Below are positions 10,244 through 21,900 of a stretch of 37,145 nucleotides of DNA, piece after piece. Every line of letters starts with the position of its first letter. Position 1 is the stretch's first letter. The notes under the pieces are model-generated. The model searched no databases, was not told where the DNA came from, and worked only from the letters and a program-made list of their open reading frames with translations. Position numbers and translations under genes: made by a program. Origin of the DNA: Octopus bimaculoides (Eukaryota); contig NC_068982.1 in the NCBI RefSeq assembly GCF_001194135.2, positions 90,825,051 through 90,862,195 of the forward strand. The letters are read 5' to 3'.

Positions 10244-11687
10244 TAGTGAGGAAAGACAGGAAAGACAAGCAGTACGACAAGGACATTCAATTTGATTTAA
10301 TACAGTCTAATTTAGCTACATAACGAATGATAAAAATAGTAAAAAATAGTCTCTAATAGATGTTTCTCGGATTTCACAGCTACTGAAGCATCGTATCAAG
10401 TAAAGACTCTGTTAGGTGTGTACCCCGTCATCGGAGAGATATAGATTAGTAGAAAAAACGTCCCTCATTAATTATATTTGTGGTGGTTCATTATGTCCAG
10501 GATCTAAATGCCTGATCTAAATCCAATTAGATCGGGTATTTTTTCGGTAAATCCATGATCAGAAAGCATGGTTAGATGGTATACCATGGTGAGAAGAAAA
10601 AAGTATGGTTATGAAGTTCTCCATAATGAGGAAATATGAATGCCAGCAATTCCAAAGTTGTGCAAATACTGAGAGGAGCAATAATTAATACATTCTGGTG
10701 AGTGAAAGGTAGATAGGTAGGAGCTTTTTACTAGATTTATATTATGCAGCACAGGGAAGGGTATTCAGTCAAGAGAAATTAGTGGTGGAGGGAGGAATAA
10801 ATAATACAATCTGGTGTGAGAAAGATAGGTACATAAGTAGATAAGGGTATTGTAGTAGATATATACTAATGAGTATAATGAGGTGTATGTATCTTCATTA
10901 GCGTTACGGACACTCATTTTTTTCTTATTTTTATCTTAATTTTAATTTTCTACGTTAACTTTATTATAATTTTAATTTCATAACTTTTTAAAATTTGTAT
11001 ATTCATTTTTATTTTTATTTTCATAACATTATGACTTAACTTTAGCGTTTCTACCACAAATCTTAAATCTTTTGTTTGCTAGTTGGCATCTATTTCCAGC
11101 GTTTCTTTTTGACTAGACAACCCTAGGCCTCCCCTCTACTATCATTTGACCACCCACTACAGACAATGTATATTATCTTTTTTTTACGTCCACTTTATTA
11201 CCTACAACTCCACTTATATTGATAACCAGCCTTATAGGTCCGGCATCTGCCTTCATTCTTTTCGCCTTATGTGTTCATCTTTACATTTTCCCCACCCCGT
11301 AATCTCATTATCTCTAATCTCCCAAGACGAAAACACCCCTCATTATACTGCTTAGTATATATCTGCTACAATGACCTTCTCTATTTATCTCCCTATCTTT
11401 CTCACACCAGATTTTTTTTATTTATTCCACCTACCTAATTTCTATAGACTTAATACCCATCGCTGAACTAAATAGTATATATCTAGTAAAAGGCCCTTAC
11501 CTATCTATCTTTCTCTAACCAGAATGTGTTAACTATAATTCCCCTCAGTATTTGATATCCCAGAAAAAGCTGTGAAAGGCGACATTTTACTATTTTTTAT
11601 CATTCGTTCTGTAGCTAAATTAAATTGAATTAAACGAAATTAGATGTCCTTGTCATGTCTTGCCTAATTGTTTGCCTTTCCTCACTA
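10244..11687. repeat. Long imperfect inverted repeat (fold-back): arms ~10244-10886 and ~11334-11687, spacer ~10887-11333
   Basis: Matches include tagtgaggaaag (10244-10255 vs 11676-11687), aatttagctaca-aacgaatgataaaaa, and a perfect 22-mer at 10808-10829 vs 11392-11413. The left arm has an extra ~260-bp segment at ~10400-10660. Confidence 0.85.
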
Positions 11688-12075
11688 TTCTAATATATGT
11701 GTATGGGGGTGGAGCTGTATGGATTATGTATATATGTGTATATATATGATAACACAGGTGCCATAATGTTCACTATTGCTGTTTTAGACGGGTTCTTTAT
11801 ATTTCACAACACTCGAAAATGTCCCTGAGTTGGATCTTGAGTCAACAGTGGACCGGGAAATACGTGCCGGAATATACACCCGTGTGACTTTTCGTATATC
11901 TCGTGTATGTGGTCAGTACTGGAAAACATGCGTAACTGGAGGGACAAATCCGTATTTACTTCCCTAAGTTCGTGAGTCTCCATACACACTGATATTGCAC
12001 AGATGCGCTATCCCCGGGTCTACCCTAGTGCTTTGTTACTTAAATACCTTAACTCTATCGGATCCTGGAAATTTT

Positions 12076-12130
12076 ATACATACATACATACACACACACA
12101 CAGATAGACACACGCACACACACACATCAG

Positions 12131-12182
<52 letters not shown>

Positions 12183-12213
12183 ATGTATGTATGTATGTAT
12201 GTATGTATGTATA
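12076..12213. repeat. Compound (TACA)/(CA) ... (TG)n/(TATG)n microsatellite
   Basis: Directly visible. Confidence 0.9.
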
Positions 12214-12429
12214 CACCAATGAAAAGAAGAAGACACAGACAATTCTTTATCACATCTTTAATTATAAGTTATGCATTTTTCCGTATCATCTCCATTTGCA
12301 AGGCCAGTTTACGCGAAAATTCTAAAAGAAATGTCGGGTACTATTTGCGGTTTTAGACATTGGAGAGGCACTTCCTCAGACTTGCATCAAAAGTGTGCAA
12401 CTACATTGTGCCATATGCTTGCTTATATG

Positions 12430-13420
12430 CTTATAGCTGTCCATCAAAATTGACGACGACGTTGTCCTGTAGGAGTCTTATCTTAGCTTTTGTGAGTTGA
12501 TAGATGTGAAAACAGTCCTATCTTGGAATGGCACGTCCTTGAACACAAATGACAAGGGAAATTTCCCATTATGTTGTTGGTGAGTCAGATTAGTGCAAAG
12601 TGTGCAGCTCCTTCATCGCAGAGGAAGCACCAGGTTTACTGCTTTACAAAGTGTTCAAGTTGAGCTGGTTGAATATTACAGGACCTGACGACAAGCTTAA
12701 GATGGTCTCTGAACGGCTTCTTTGGTCCCCCGTGTGAGTGAAAGCGGTTAATAGATTTCCGAAGATCATTTTCGGGAGATGATTATCAGGCGTCCTGATA
12801 GTGTGACCGACTCAGCGTAGAAGAGGGCTTTGGATGATGGCTTCAGCGCTGAAAATTCTTGCTTGTTGGAGAATTTCTGTGTAATGCGTAGAATTCGTTG
12901 GAGACAATGGATTTGAAATGACTCTAGCTTCCTCACATAATCGCAGTATAAGGTCCAGCATTCGCAGCCATACAGTAATGTTGAGATGACAATAGCACGA
13001 TAGACACCAAACCTCAGATTTCTGTTTAAGGATATTCGTTCTCGGAGGCCTCCAAACGGAGGCGTCCAAACGAGGAAGAGGTGAGGTTGATCCGTTGTAG
13101 TATGTCCTCGTCGATATGTCTATTTTGTGAGATGACACTGCCTAGGTAGTTAAAAGAATCAACGTTGCTGGATGCTTTTGATTAAAAGACGCTTGCATGA
13201 CCTCAGTTTTTTATATTGATGTCAAGACTAAGACGAGCATAAGTCTTGTGCGTGACACTTAAGGATTGCTGGAGTGAGGATGTTTCGTGAGCAGTGGGTG
13301 CAGCGTCTATGCATATTGGAACTCAAAAATCTGCGATGTTGATGGCAGAGTTTTCGCTTAGAGTCGGCAGGTGATGAAAGTACTGCCATCAAAACGGTAA
13401 CACATGCTTCTGCCATTCCC
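12430..13420 (-). mobile_element. RTE-clade LINE, 3' part (RT motif C to C-terminal CCHH finger and 3' tail), degenerate
   Basis: The minus strand gives YRFDGSTF, EFQYA(D)DAA (~13304-13315, frameshifted), INIKTEVM, FNYLGSVIS, TLLYGCECW, LR*VGHTIRTPDNHLPKMIFG, GPKKPFRDHLK and CHLCSRTCHSKIGLFSHLSTH, then gatggacagc and a short repeat tail. Confidence 0.9.
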
Positions 13421-13985
13421 TAAACAATAAGAAGTCCCCTGGCGTGTTTTACAAATACGGTAGACCGCAACTTGAGTTATGTCTTCACTCTTTCCTGGTT
13501 CTCTGCTGGAAAAACAAAAAGATTCCTGGGCGCTGGAAAAATGCCAACATCATTTGCATTTTCAAAAGGAAAAACGACCGATCCGACTGCAGAGACATCT
13601 CTCTTCTAGATGTGTCTTCCACGCATTACTCTCCGCCGTCTTCTCATCTTCGTATCAGAGTGTACTCTCAATGAGGTATCAGACCCGAACGAAGCACAAT
13701 TGATGTGATATCCGTTGCACGCTTATTTCTCCAAAGATGCAGAGAGCGACAAAAAAGAAATGAATTTTGTTTAATCGATTTGACGAAAGCTTTTGACTCC
13801 GTTAATCGTGCAATTTTATGGAAAATTCTTACAAACTTCGGCTGTTCTCCGTTTTATCTACCATTCGCAAATTCCACGACAGAATGCTAGCCAGAGTCCC
13901 TTTATCGGTGGAGCATCTTCAGAGCAATTCAGTGTTAAATCGGAAATTCAGGGCTGCGTTTTCGCCCCTGTTTTGTTCAACAACT
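13420..13985 (+). mobile_element. RTE-clade LINE, inverted 5' part (RT motifs 0 to B), degenerate
   Basis: The plus strand gives NNKKSPG, WKNANIICIFKRKNDRSDCRDISLL, IDLTKAFDSVNRAILWKILTNFGC and QGCVFAPVLFN. Confidence 0.9.
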
Positions 13986-13994
13986 CAGACACAC

Positions 13995-14209
13995 ACACAC
14001 ACCTCCTTTTTTTCTCCTTTTTCTCTCTCTTTTTTCTCTCCTTTTTTTGCTCTCCTTGTTTCTCCCCTTGTTTCTTTCCGTGTGCCTTTCTGTAGAAGAG
14101 CATAGGCTCGAAACGTTAAAGACTTTCTCAATTCTCAAGCGTTATACTAATACATCTATTTGTTTTCAACACCACCTTTCTTCGTCTGCTGTTTTTTGTG
14201 AATTCTCTC
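13995..14209 (+). mobile_element. Solo PLE-type terminal repeat (second family) with a hammerhead motif
   Basis: Pyrimidine-rich leader, hammerhead core, then a tail running into (TA)n. The layout resembles 2258-2560, but the sequence differs and no coding region is attached. Confidence 0.5.
14084..14123 (+). ncRNA. Minimal type I hammerhead ribozyme motif (PLE-type)
   Basis: gccttt-CTGTAGA-A-GAGC-atag-GCTC-GAAA-CGT-T-aaagac. Stem I pairs 14084-14089 with 14118-14123 (5/6), stem II is 4 bp, stem III is palindromic ACGU and the triplet is GUU. Core A6 is replaced by U. Confidence 0.7.
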
Positions 14210-14211
14210 TA

Positions 14212-14268
<57 letters not shown>
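14210..14268. repeat. (TA)n microsatellite
   Basis: Directly visible. Confidence 0.95.
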
Positions 14269-14271
<3 letters not shown>

Positions 14272-14369
14272 GATATCAAAACCTATTTTGTTTTCATTAG
14301 GTTACTATTTTTATTGAAATATTCTATTAATAATTCATTGTCAAAAAATGTTTAGTTATGTTCTATCTG

Positions 14370-15430
14370 TATAGCGTGGGGCTTTGATATAATATCAGGT
14401 CAATTGTCCTCGCAGTTAGCATCGTAAATGCTTTTAGAAACAACTTGTGGATGGCTGCTGTTAATATGGCTGGTATCTCCCATACTTGCATGGCACAATC
14501 GATATTTCTGTCACAACGATATTTCTGTCACAAGTTGTATTTAATAGCCGCCACCTATTCCGGTATAGCAAAGATTCTTCTTCTAGATGAGATGTGATGT
14601 ATTTACACAGGACCAAAAGAGGTTATTTTCTCAGTCAATTGTGTTAGCATACGCTTCTAGTTTGCAACATTTGTACTGATGCATAATTTTCTGTGGATAT
14701 GATGGGTATTTCATTGCAAGTTACCATTTAAGTTAATCCAGTAACCTTTGCTTCGCATGGAACAGCTAGACACAAATTAAAAGTACCTATTCAGGTATTT
14801 TTAATCTATTCACATGGCATTTTCAGAGGTACTAATTTCTCTGTTTATGGTCAGTAGGTTTTATCTAGTAATGGGATACTTAAAAAACTATTTCAACTGA
14901 CCAAATACCTTTGCTTCCTACCCTCATTTTAACAAAACTCCTCTCAGTATTACTGTCAATGAGCAAGTTACTAGTGGTGCTTAGTATCTTCCTAGTCTTC
15001 ATGTTTAAGTTGTCGATCCCTTCAAATGTCCAGTCTAGTATCTCAAACGTTGACACTAGCACTAATACTGCAAAAACATTAGGGAATGTAATCTTACAGA
15101 ATGTGAACAATTCTGAAGTCTATACTTCCGAAGTGTATTGAAGTATTCTTTTGTAGGATTGTTTAAAGCACTAGCTTATACAACATTGTCAAAGCAGAGA
15201 TCTGTGTAGCAATCATCATTGTTCATTTATATCCACATTTTTCACAACAATTCTATTAACCACCGAATATTAACCCCTATACTGACTGATCAAACTTCAT
15301 TACTATATCCCATGAGAATGTTGTGACTAATTTTGATTGTCTCTTGTTGTGAATATTACTCAAATACAACATAAGGTCTTTGACAAAATAAGATGCGACA
15401 TTAGTTTTTTTTTCCTTCTCTGTAGATTCT
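14370..15430 (-). mobile_element. R4/Dong-like (RLE-type) non-LTR retrotransposon relic, copy B
   Basis: FVKDLMLY (15376-15387, decayed FVDDLKLY), LVTTFSWDIVMKF, TKEYF (15140-15151), LDWTFEGIDNLNMKTRKILS...GSKGIWSV, TSHLE..FAIPE*VAAIKY, and decayed CCHC region PCKYGDTSHINSSHPQVVSKSIY. Confidence 0.72.
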
Positions 15431-15464
15431 ATAACGTAGTTTTCGCATTCCTTTACAGGGCTGT

Positions 15465-16010
15465 AACTGCGATAGCATTGTGAGTGGAATGATTTATTGA
15501 ATGCAGACAGTTTTGACTTCCATCCCTTTCTACGTATACTGAAATACTCTTTTATCACTGTAGTTTTATTCACAGCAACATCATATGCAAAATACCCAAA
15601 CCCTAGATATTAATAACATTCAGCGCTGGAGATGGGGAGGACAGACAGGCCATCTCCCCTATCTAGTCAACAATTTTTCCTCGACTGACCACTGAATATG
15701 AACATTCACCCACACTAAACACTATTCTTTTATCCTGTGTGAATGATATTGCCAATTCTAACAGTTTCTTGGTGTCGTGAGTATAGCATAAATAAATACA
15801 GCTGAATGACCTCAACCACAAAAAAGTGTGTAAATAGCATTAATTTTTCCCTCATCTGTAGATCGTATCATACAACTTCACATTTCTTTAGCAGAGTCTA
15901 CAAAAGGTTCACTGTCATGACAAGAAACACTATAAACAAGGTATCACTGTGAAATACTCCCATCGAAAATCCATTCGGTTTCTAGTTATGTTAGTAGCTT
16001 CAATTACTAA
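15465..16010 (-). mobile_element. R4/Dong-like non-LTR relic, copy A (RT motif B to thumb)
   Basis: GVFHSDTL (decayed GIFQGDSL), THFFVVE (15811-15831), KKLLELAISF...FSVGECSY..SRGKIV, YLG and KEYFSIRRKGWKSKLSAFNK (15541-15552). Confidence 0.68.
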
Positions 16011-16799
16011 CAAAATTTCAACAGGTGTGTGGAACATATTATCATTGTTTTAATAGCAAGGCGTAGGGATAACTGCATCCACGAATAGAGTGAAAATTGA
16101 AATACCTTTTTACATTCTAACAATATAGTCAATAGACATTCTTGAAAACAATCCTGTTAATAAGGTACGAGGGTTGTTCGCGTAACAGTTAACCAGTCGG
16201 GTACATCAATCTCAACGTCTGTTGTTCACTTAAATATGCTTCTGTGAAGTTTCTTCTCGAAGTGAGTTTCCTGCACCAACGGCTGGCTTACAGATCCCTT
16301 GTAACTGATTTTCCATTCGGTCGTTTTGCAACAACCAGATGAGTTTCAGTGATGACGTCATGAGATTTAGAAAAGACCTTTACTCGGTACTCATTTTGTA
16401 GCTCATTTAATATTGTAGTTATAAATTCCGGTTCATGTCAAATGTGCCCAGTTCATCCCGAGATGGAATATTTACAAGAATAATGCTATAGTCTTTCATG
16501 TATCGAAATAGTTTGTGACATTAATGCAATTTCAGAGTTAATATCCTAACGTTCATACTATTATTGATATAACAACGTTTGAATTTCGGCTCGTTTTTAA
16601 TGGCAATTACTTTTCGTGTGAATCTTTCTATTCGGCTGCGACCGTAGATTTTTTAGTTATTTATCAATCACTTACAGCTGATGGCTCATGATTTCCATCC
16701 TTCTTTGCATCTAATAATATTCAACTACCAGATATTCTTTATGAGTCCATCTATGAATGTTTTTTTTTTTTTTTTTTGAGATCATCTATTGTGGTTGTG

Positions 16800-17700
16800 T
16801 TTTATTGTTTGGAAATTGAAGCACAATATCTAATAGCTAAACATGTGATGTTCAATTTGTGCTAAATGCAAATCTGGTGGTGGTCAGGAATGAAAACATT
16901 GACTGACTTGGCAGAGAGCTACAACCCTATTGCTATAAACTTTACACAAGTTACTGTGTTTTACTCTAGATATTGGTAAAGCATTCTTCATTAGTCGTGT
17001 CTCGCTGTGGTGCATTCCCATTTCAGTACTACTTTCCATTCTAGATGATAGACTAAAATTATTTAAAATCTTCCTTAGAATTGGCTTTACTATGAAGATA
17101 TTGTTTTTCTTTTTCATCGTGTGTAATCGTATGGATTAGAAATAAATTAGTGGTTAATGTTGGCTTGTTAAAGTAGTTTTCTTTTTGTGAGGACAATTTT
17201 TCATTCAACAAGATTAAAGTTATAAATTTCTTTCCCAGTTCCTAACGTGTAGAATCTCCATATATTCTTGTTCAGTTTTGCACGAGATGTAGGTAACATG
17301 CTGTTAACTTGTTATTCACTCCATGTTTTCTGATAATATTTAAATGATGAGATCTGCTGCTCAGATTGTTGGTGATATCTTCTTGTTTTGTTGTCCATCT
17401 GGGCTGCTTACATTAACTTTTTCATTACTATTTTGTTATCTCCGTTCAAAGCTATAGCAGATGGATACAAGCAGTTATTGTTAGTCTAATATATGTTATC
17501 AGATGCTTTCATGTGGTCTGAGCAGATATCATCAATGCATTTAAGCATGAGATTCGATGAATTTTTCTTCTATATTTCTCGAAAATGGCCTGTTATTTAA
17601 TCGTAGCATAGAGAATTGATAAGCTATTTTTCAAAGAACAGTGTTTGATAATTTTAAGTTGTATGTATTAGACAATCATATTCGGCAATCAGTTTCATGT
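16800..17700 (-). mobile_element. Possible upstream (pre-RT) remnant of the same R4/Dong-like LINE
   Basis: Only a weak peptide, QPRWTTKQEDITNNLSSRS (~17340-17410), plus matching orientation. Confidence 0.25.
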
Positions 17701-18406
17701 AAAGAAATATGAGAATTCAATAATGGTGATGATGTTCCGGTTTATTTACAACATTATCGCTCTTTCATCAGTTTTTGTCTAGTTTTTAGATCTCTTTAAG
17801 AAATCGATAAATAACATAGGAGTTGGTATAACAAACACTTTGTGTGACAGCAATCTTATAGATTCAGTTTAGCTATAAAGATGTTAAAGTTTCGGTAAGC
17901 TAAGTCCTATTAACATTTCAACTATATCCTTAGAAGTGATATAATAAAATTCACGTACATTTTATAGCACCGGTTAAGTTCTTAATTTAAATGTAAAGAC
18001 TTGTAAAGAGAGAATAATCATACTGTGTTAGATAACTCACAGATTAGTTTGCATTGTTAACGCTGGGTGTACTTTTGTTGTCGGTATTGGTATAAACGGT
18101 ATCAATGTCAATTATCGTCATAAAAGTGAAACAGGGGCTTAGTACAAAAGTATCGTTTGAAATCTTGTTTGAATGACGGTATTATATAAGACAATAATGT
18201 ATTCATATAAGCATATATATGTTTTCACATACTTGTTATGTGAACAGCGAAATTCGCAAAAATATGAGTACTAAGAGAGAGTAACCTGTGCTGTATAATA
18301 AATAACAACAATCTGCCTTTGTAGTTGTAAATTCAATTGTCACTCTATGAGCAACCATAATTTTTAACGTCCTGAAAATATATTATTGCTCTAATAGTTT
18401 GGAATA

Positions 18407-18787
18407 TATATGTGTGTGTGTGTGTGTATTTGTGTGCATGTGTGTGTGTGCGTGCGTGTACGTGTGTTTGTGAAATGCTTGAAGTAGCGTACAGATAATG
18501 TATAAGACTGCTCCTTCTTGTATGTATGTATATATATATATATATNNNNNNNNNNNNNNNNNNNNNNNNNNNNNNNNNNNNNNNNNNNNNNNNNNNNNNN
18601 NNNNNNNNNNNNNNNNNNNNNNNNNNNNNNNNNNNNNNNNNNNNNNNNNNNNNNNNNNNNNNNNNNNNNNNNNNNNNNNNNNNNNNNNNNNNNNNNNNNN
18701 NNNNNNNNNNNNNNNNNNNNNNNNNNNNNNNNNNNNNNNNNATAGAGAGAGAGAGAGAGAGAGACAGAGAGACAGAGAGACAGAGAC

Positions 18788-18872
<85 letters not shown>

Positions 18873-18910
18873 GGCAGGCAGATAGACAAGCAGACAGGCA
18901 GACAGAGCAA
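18407..18910. repeat. (TG)n, (TA)n, N gap, then (GA)n/(GACA)n microsatellites
   Basis: Directly visible. Source of the SVCL- and TDRQ-repeat ORFs. Confidence 0.9.
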
Positions 18911-21900
18911 GAAATATATACATACCAGCATATAAATATGGAAGTAGCGAAGCAAGTAAACATACATTATAATGTATGATTGTTATAACGTTGTTGATGT
19001 GTGTGTGTGTGTGAAGAGAGGTTCCTGGTGTAATTTCTTTCAGCTACATGATAAATGTTAGACCTACTCGTATACATTATTGTATATCAATACGCAAATT
19101 TTGTCATCACTAATCTAGTAAGTACACCGAAGTACTTACATGGTTGATAAGGTCTAGGAAGACCGAAACATACGGAGATGCCGTTTGTGATTAGATTAAT
19201 ACTGGTCACTGAAATTTGTTTTATCTCTTTCCTCATACTCAATTCGATTTTTTCTTTACTGTATGAAGAGTGATAGTACAAATGCCTTATCATAGTAGAT
19301 ATACAGAGAGACAGGCGAGGGGAAAAGAGGGGAATACACTAAGTAGAAATTTGAAAACAAAGAGAACGTAATATTTGATTTTTGTATCTCGTGAAGCTGA
19401 TTATGTCAATAATGAACAAAGGAACTCCTTCTATTTCACTCCCTTATTACTCGTTAATTGGTTAGCAATTAGTTAACCAGTCAACTAATTGATTACTTGA
19501 TAAATTATTTGGTTAATCAATCAAACAGTTATCTTTGTGAAAGTCTTTCCGTTGCCATTCGTAAACTCTTCGGTGACATACCTTCTCTACTCCAGGTCAG
19601 TTTCAGGTCTGTTTCAAGATTCTTGCAAACTAGTAGATACAAAAATGTAATTCATTTTATTCTGTGGATTCTTTGAATAAAAATTAGCTGTTGATACGTA
19701 AAATAGTTAAAAGCATTCTATATATGATCGTTCTAATTCTTGATTAGGACAAGCTGCAACAGCCGTTTCGTTAAAATATTATTTGTTTACTGGGTAACTT
19801 TCTTAATCATCTATTCAGGTTCCAAAGAAGAGTCAACTTGCAAATATTCTATAAAACGTGCGTCTAATGCACTGGAGAGATGTATAGAGAGTTACTATAT
19901 AACGAAAGTCAACCAATGAAATGTATTCACATACACAGACCAATTGGAAAATATCACATTTTGACTGATAATGACTTCCATGAAAATCGGTATTGAGATA
20001 GTATGCCACTATATAGAGTATAATATCGATTGGTACTGATATAAAATTAGTCAATCTCCTCGTCGAAGAGTTGACATATTGCTTAATGGATATGGTAGCG
20101 ACTACTTTGTAATTGTGACTATATCCTAGGCAGTTAGAAATGGCGTGAGCAATGTTCTCGATTTATCGATGCATTTCATATGCAACTGATATAAATATGG
20201 AATATTTTAGTAAATATTTGTGGTTAAAATAGAAGTAATGTCTCATTAAAGAAATACAAAAATAATCATGATAACAATTATTAGCTAAGAAAATTAGGTT
20301 TTAAATCGGATTTATTCCCGAAAATTATGCATTCTGAAAGTTGATATAATTTATATTATGAAGGTTGATACGGTTTATAATTTCTCATATGTTATATATG
20401 AAACACTTTGGAAAGTGTCCACTTGATCATTACATAGTCATATCGCCTTTCTTTATGAGTACAAGTATCTATGACAATATATTTGAATTATAAATGTTTT
20501 CAATACTTCCCGGATAAATATTATTACTTTTGATCTCTGTCTTCTGACGGAACCAATTTGATTACGGCATAAATAGTATCAAGTTTAAGCATAAATCGAC
20601 AGTCAAGATTCAAATGAAGTATATTGCATGCTGAATATATTAAGCTGAGTATATTTCATCGTCACCATATTTTAACAGCCTCCATTGAACCAGATTTGTG
20701 GTACAACGCAAATAGATCGATAGCTTCAGTTTTGACTACTATAAAAACGAAACGTATTGATCCACCCAAGTATTCAATGACAAAACAACAAGAATTCCGA
20801 AAGGCAAAATCTCTGAACTACTTTATTTTAAATTGATTTTCTATTAAAAATAACTGTGTGTTAAATTAAGGAAATTGCTTTAAACTCTGAAATAGTTTCA
20901 CTTTTCCAAAAATTTCTATCAAACGGCAACTCAGTGCAATAAATGAAAATAATCTTTCAATGAATATTTTTTTTAAATGAAAATTTATGATTAAGTAGCA
21001 AAAGGAATGCAACCATCGCATGTATTTCATTAGTCTTTGTCCAATTGAATTACACTACTTAACCAGCTGGAGATCAAGTAGAATATTACTTCCATCATCA
21101 GCAAAGTAGAAAACCAGCATGAAATCAAGATTAAGCAATTTTGCTTTGTAACTATTAATATTTGTAATAATTTGGTATTGCATTGAAAATGTTATCTATC
21201 TATAAGATGAAATCCAGAGAATGGTATTTTTATTAATGGTATATAATTATAGTAAAAACGCTGGAATATATTTGTAAAGATATGAACATAACATCAATAA
21301 TATGCTCCCACTGTTAGAAAACTCATACCCACTTTATATATCCGCCTTTAATGTAGTGCTTTCATATGAGAAAAGGATTTTTATGCACAATGACAATCTC
21401 TGATACTACAAACAATAGACTTATATTCTAAATAATCAGATACTAGTAGCAATGATGAGAGCAAGGTGAATGATGAAGATGATGATTTTGTTTATAGTTA
21501 TATTTTTATTGCAAGGTCCTGAACACATCTCTGCTCTTTAAACCTCACAACTACCTACAGACTTGGAAAACAAAGAAATAAAATTACCTGTGTCTATTTC
21601 CTACAATAATGAACGGAATATTCAAGTACTCTCAAAGTAGAGCTCACAGAAACTTTGTGACATTTATAGAGAAAAATCGAACGTATTGAAAAAAAGATTC
21701 ATCGACACAACCAGAAATTTATAGAATACAAGTACCAGCCCACTCATCTTGTGGACTAACCGGAATGAATTAAGTTTAAAAATAAGTTTTAAATTAAGTC
21801 AGTGTTACTGGGTGTGTATAAGCAGTGCCATTGTACTGTTCCTTAGAACTGGTGGGAGATGGAAGTGTATCATAGATGTATGATGGAATTGGGTACATTT

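Noticed and set aside
11788-11967. Open frame TGSLYFTT...ELDLE..VDRE after a good acceptor, faintly cadherin-like
   Set aside because: Motif spacing does not fit a cadherin repeat, no compatible donor precedes the stop, and no neighbouring repeats exist.
12375-13990. ctcagac at 12375-12381 and 13984-13990 as the TSD of the inverted RTE
   Set aside because: It is only 7 bp, and the left copy is ~50 nt beyond the apparent 3' tail.
14499-14532. 17-bp tandem duplication; also a 16-bp unit repeated at 22-nt period at 36449-36486
   Set aside because: Two-copy slippage duplications are ordinary. They are not arrays, and nothing CRISPR-like exists in the window.
16166-16180. TA-CGAGGG mariner TIR-like starts (also at 21907-21920)
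   Set aside because: No partner TIR or transposase sequence was found.
19529-19670. YLCESLSVAIRKLFGDIPSLLQ, resembling the SNX25 C-terminal KLLENIPDMLQ, with AG/GT boundaries
   Set aside because: It is out of order (upstream of the PXA-like start), so it was left out of the collinear chain. It may be chance, which shows that single matches of this strength are unreliable, or the tail of an upstream tandem copy.
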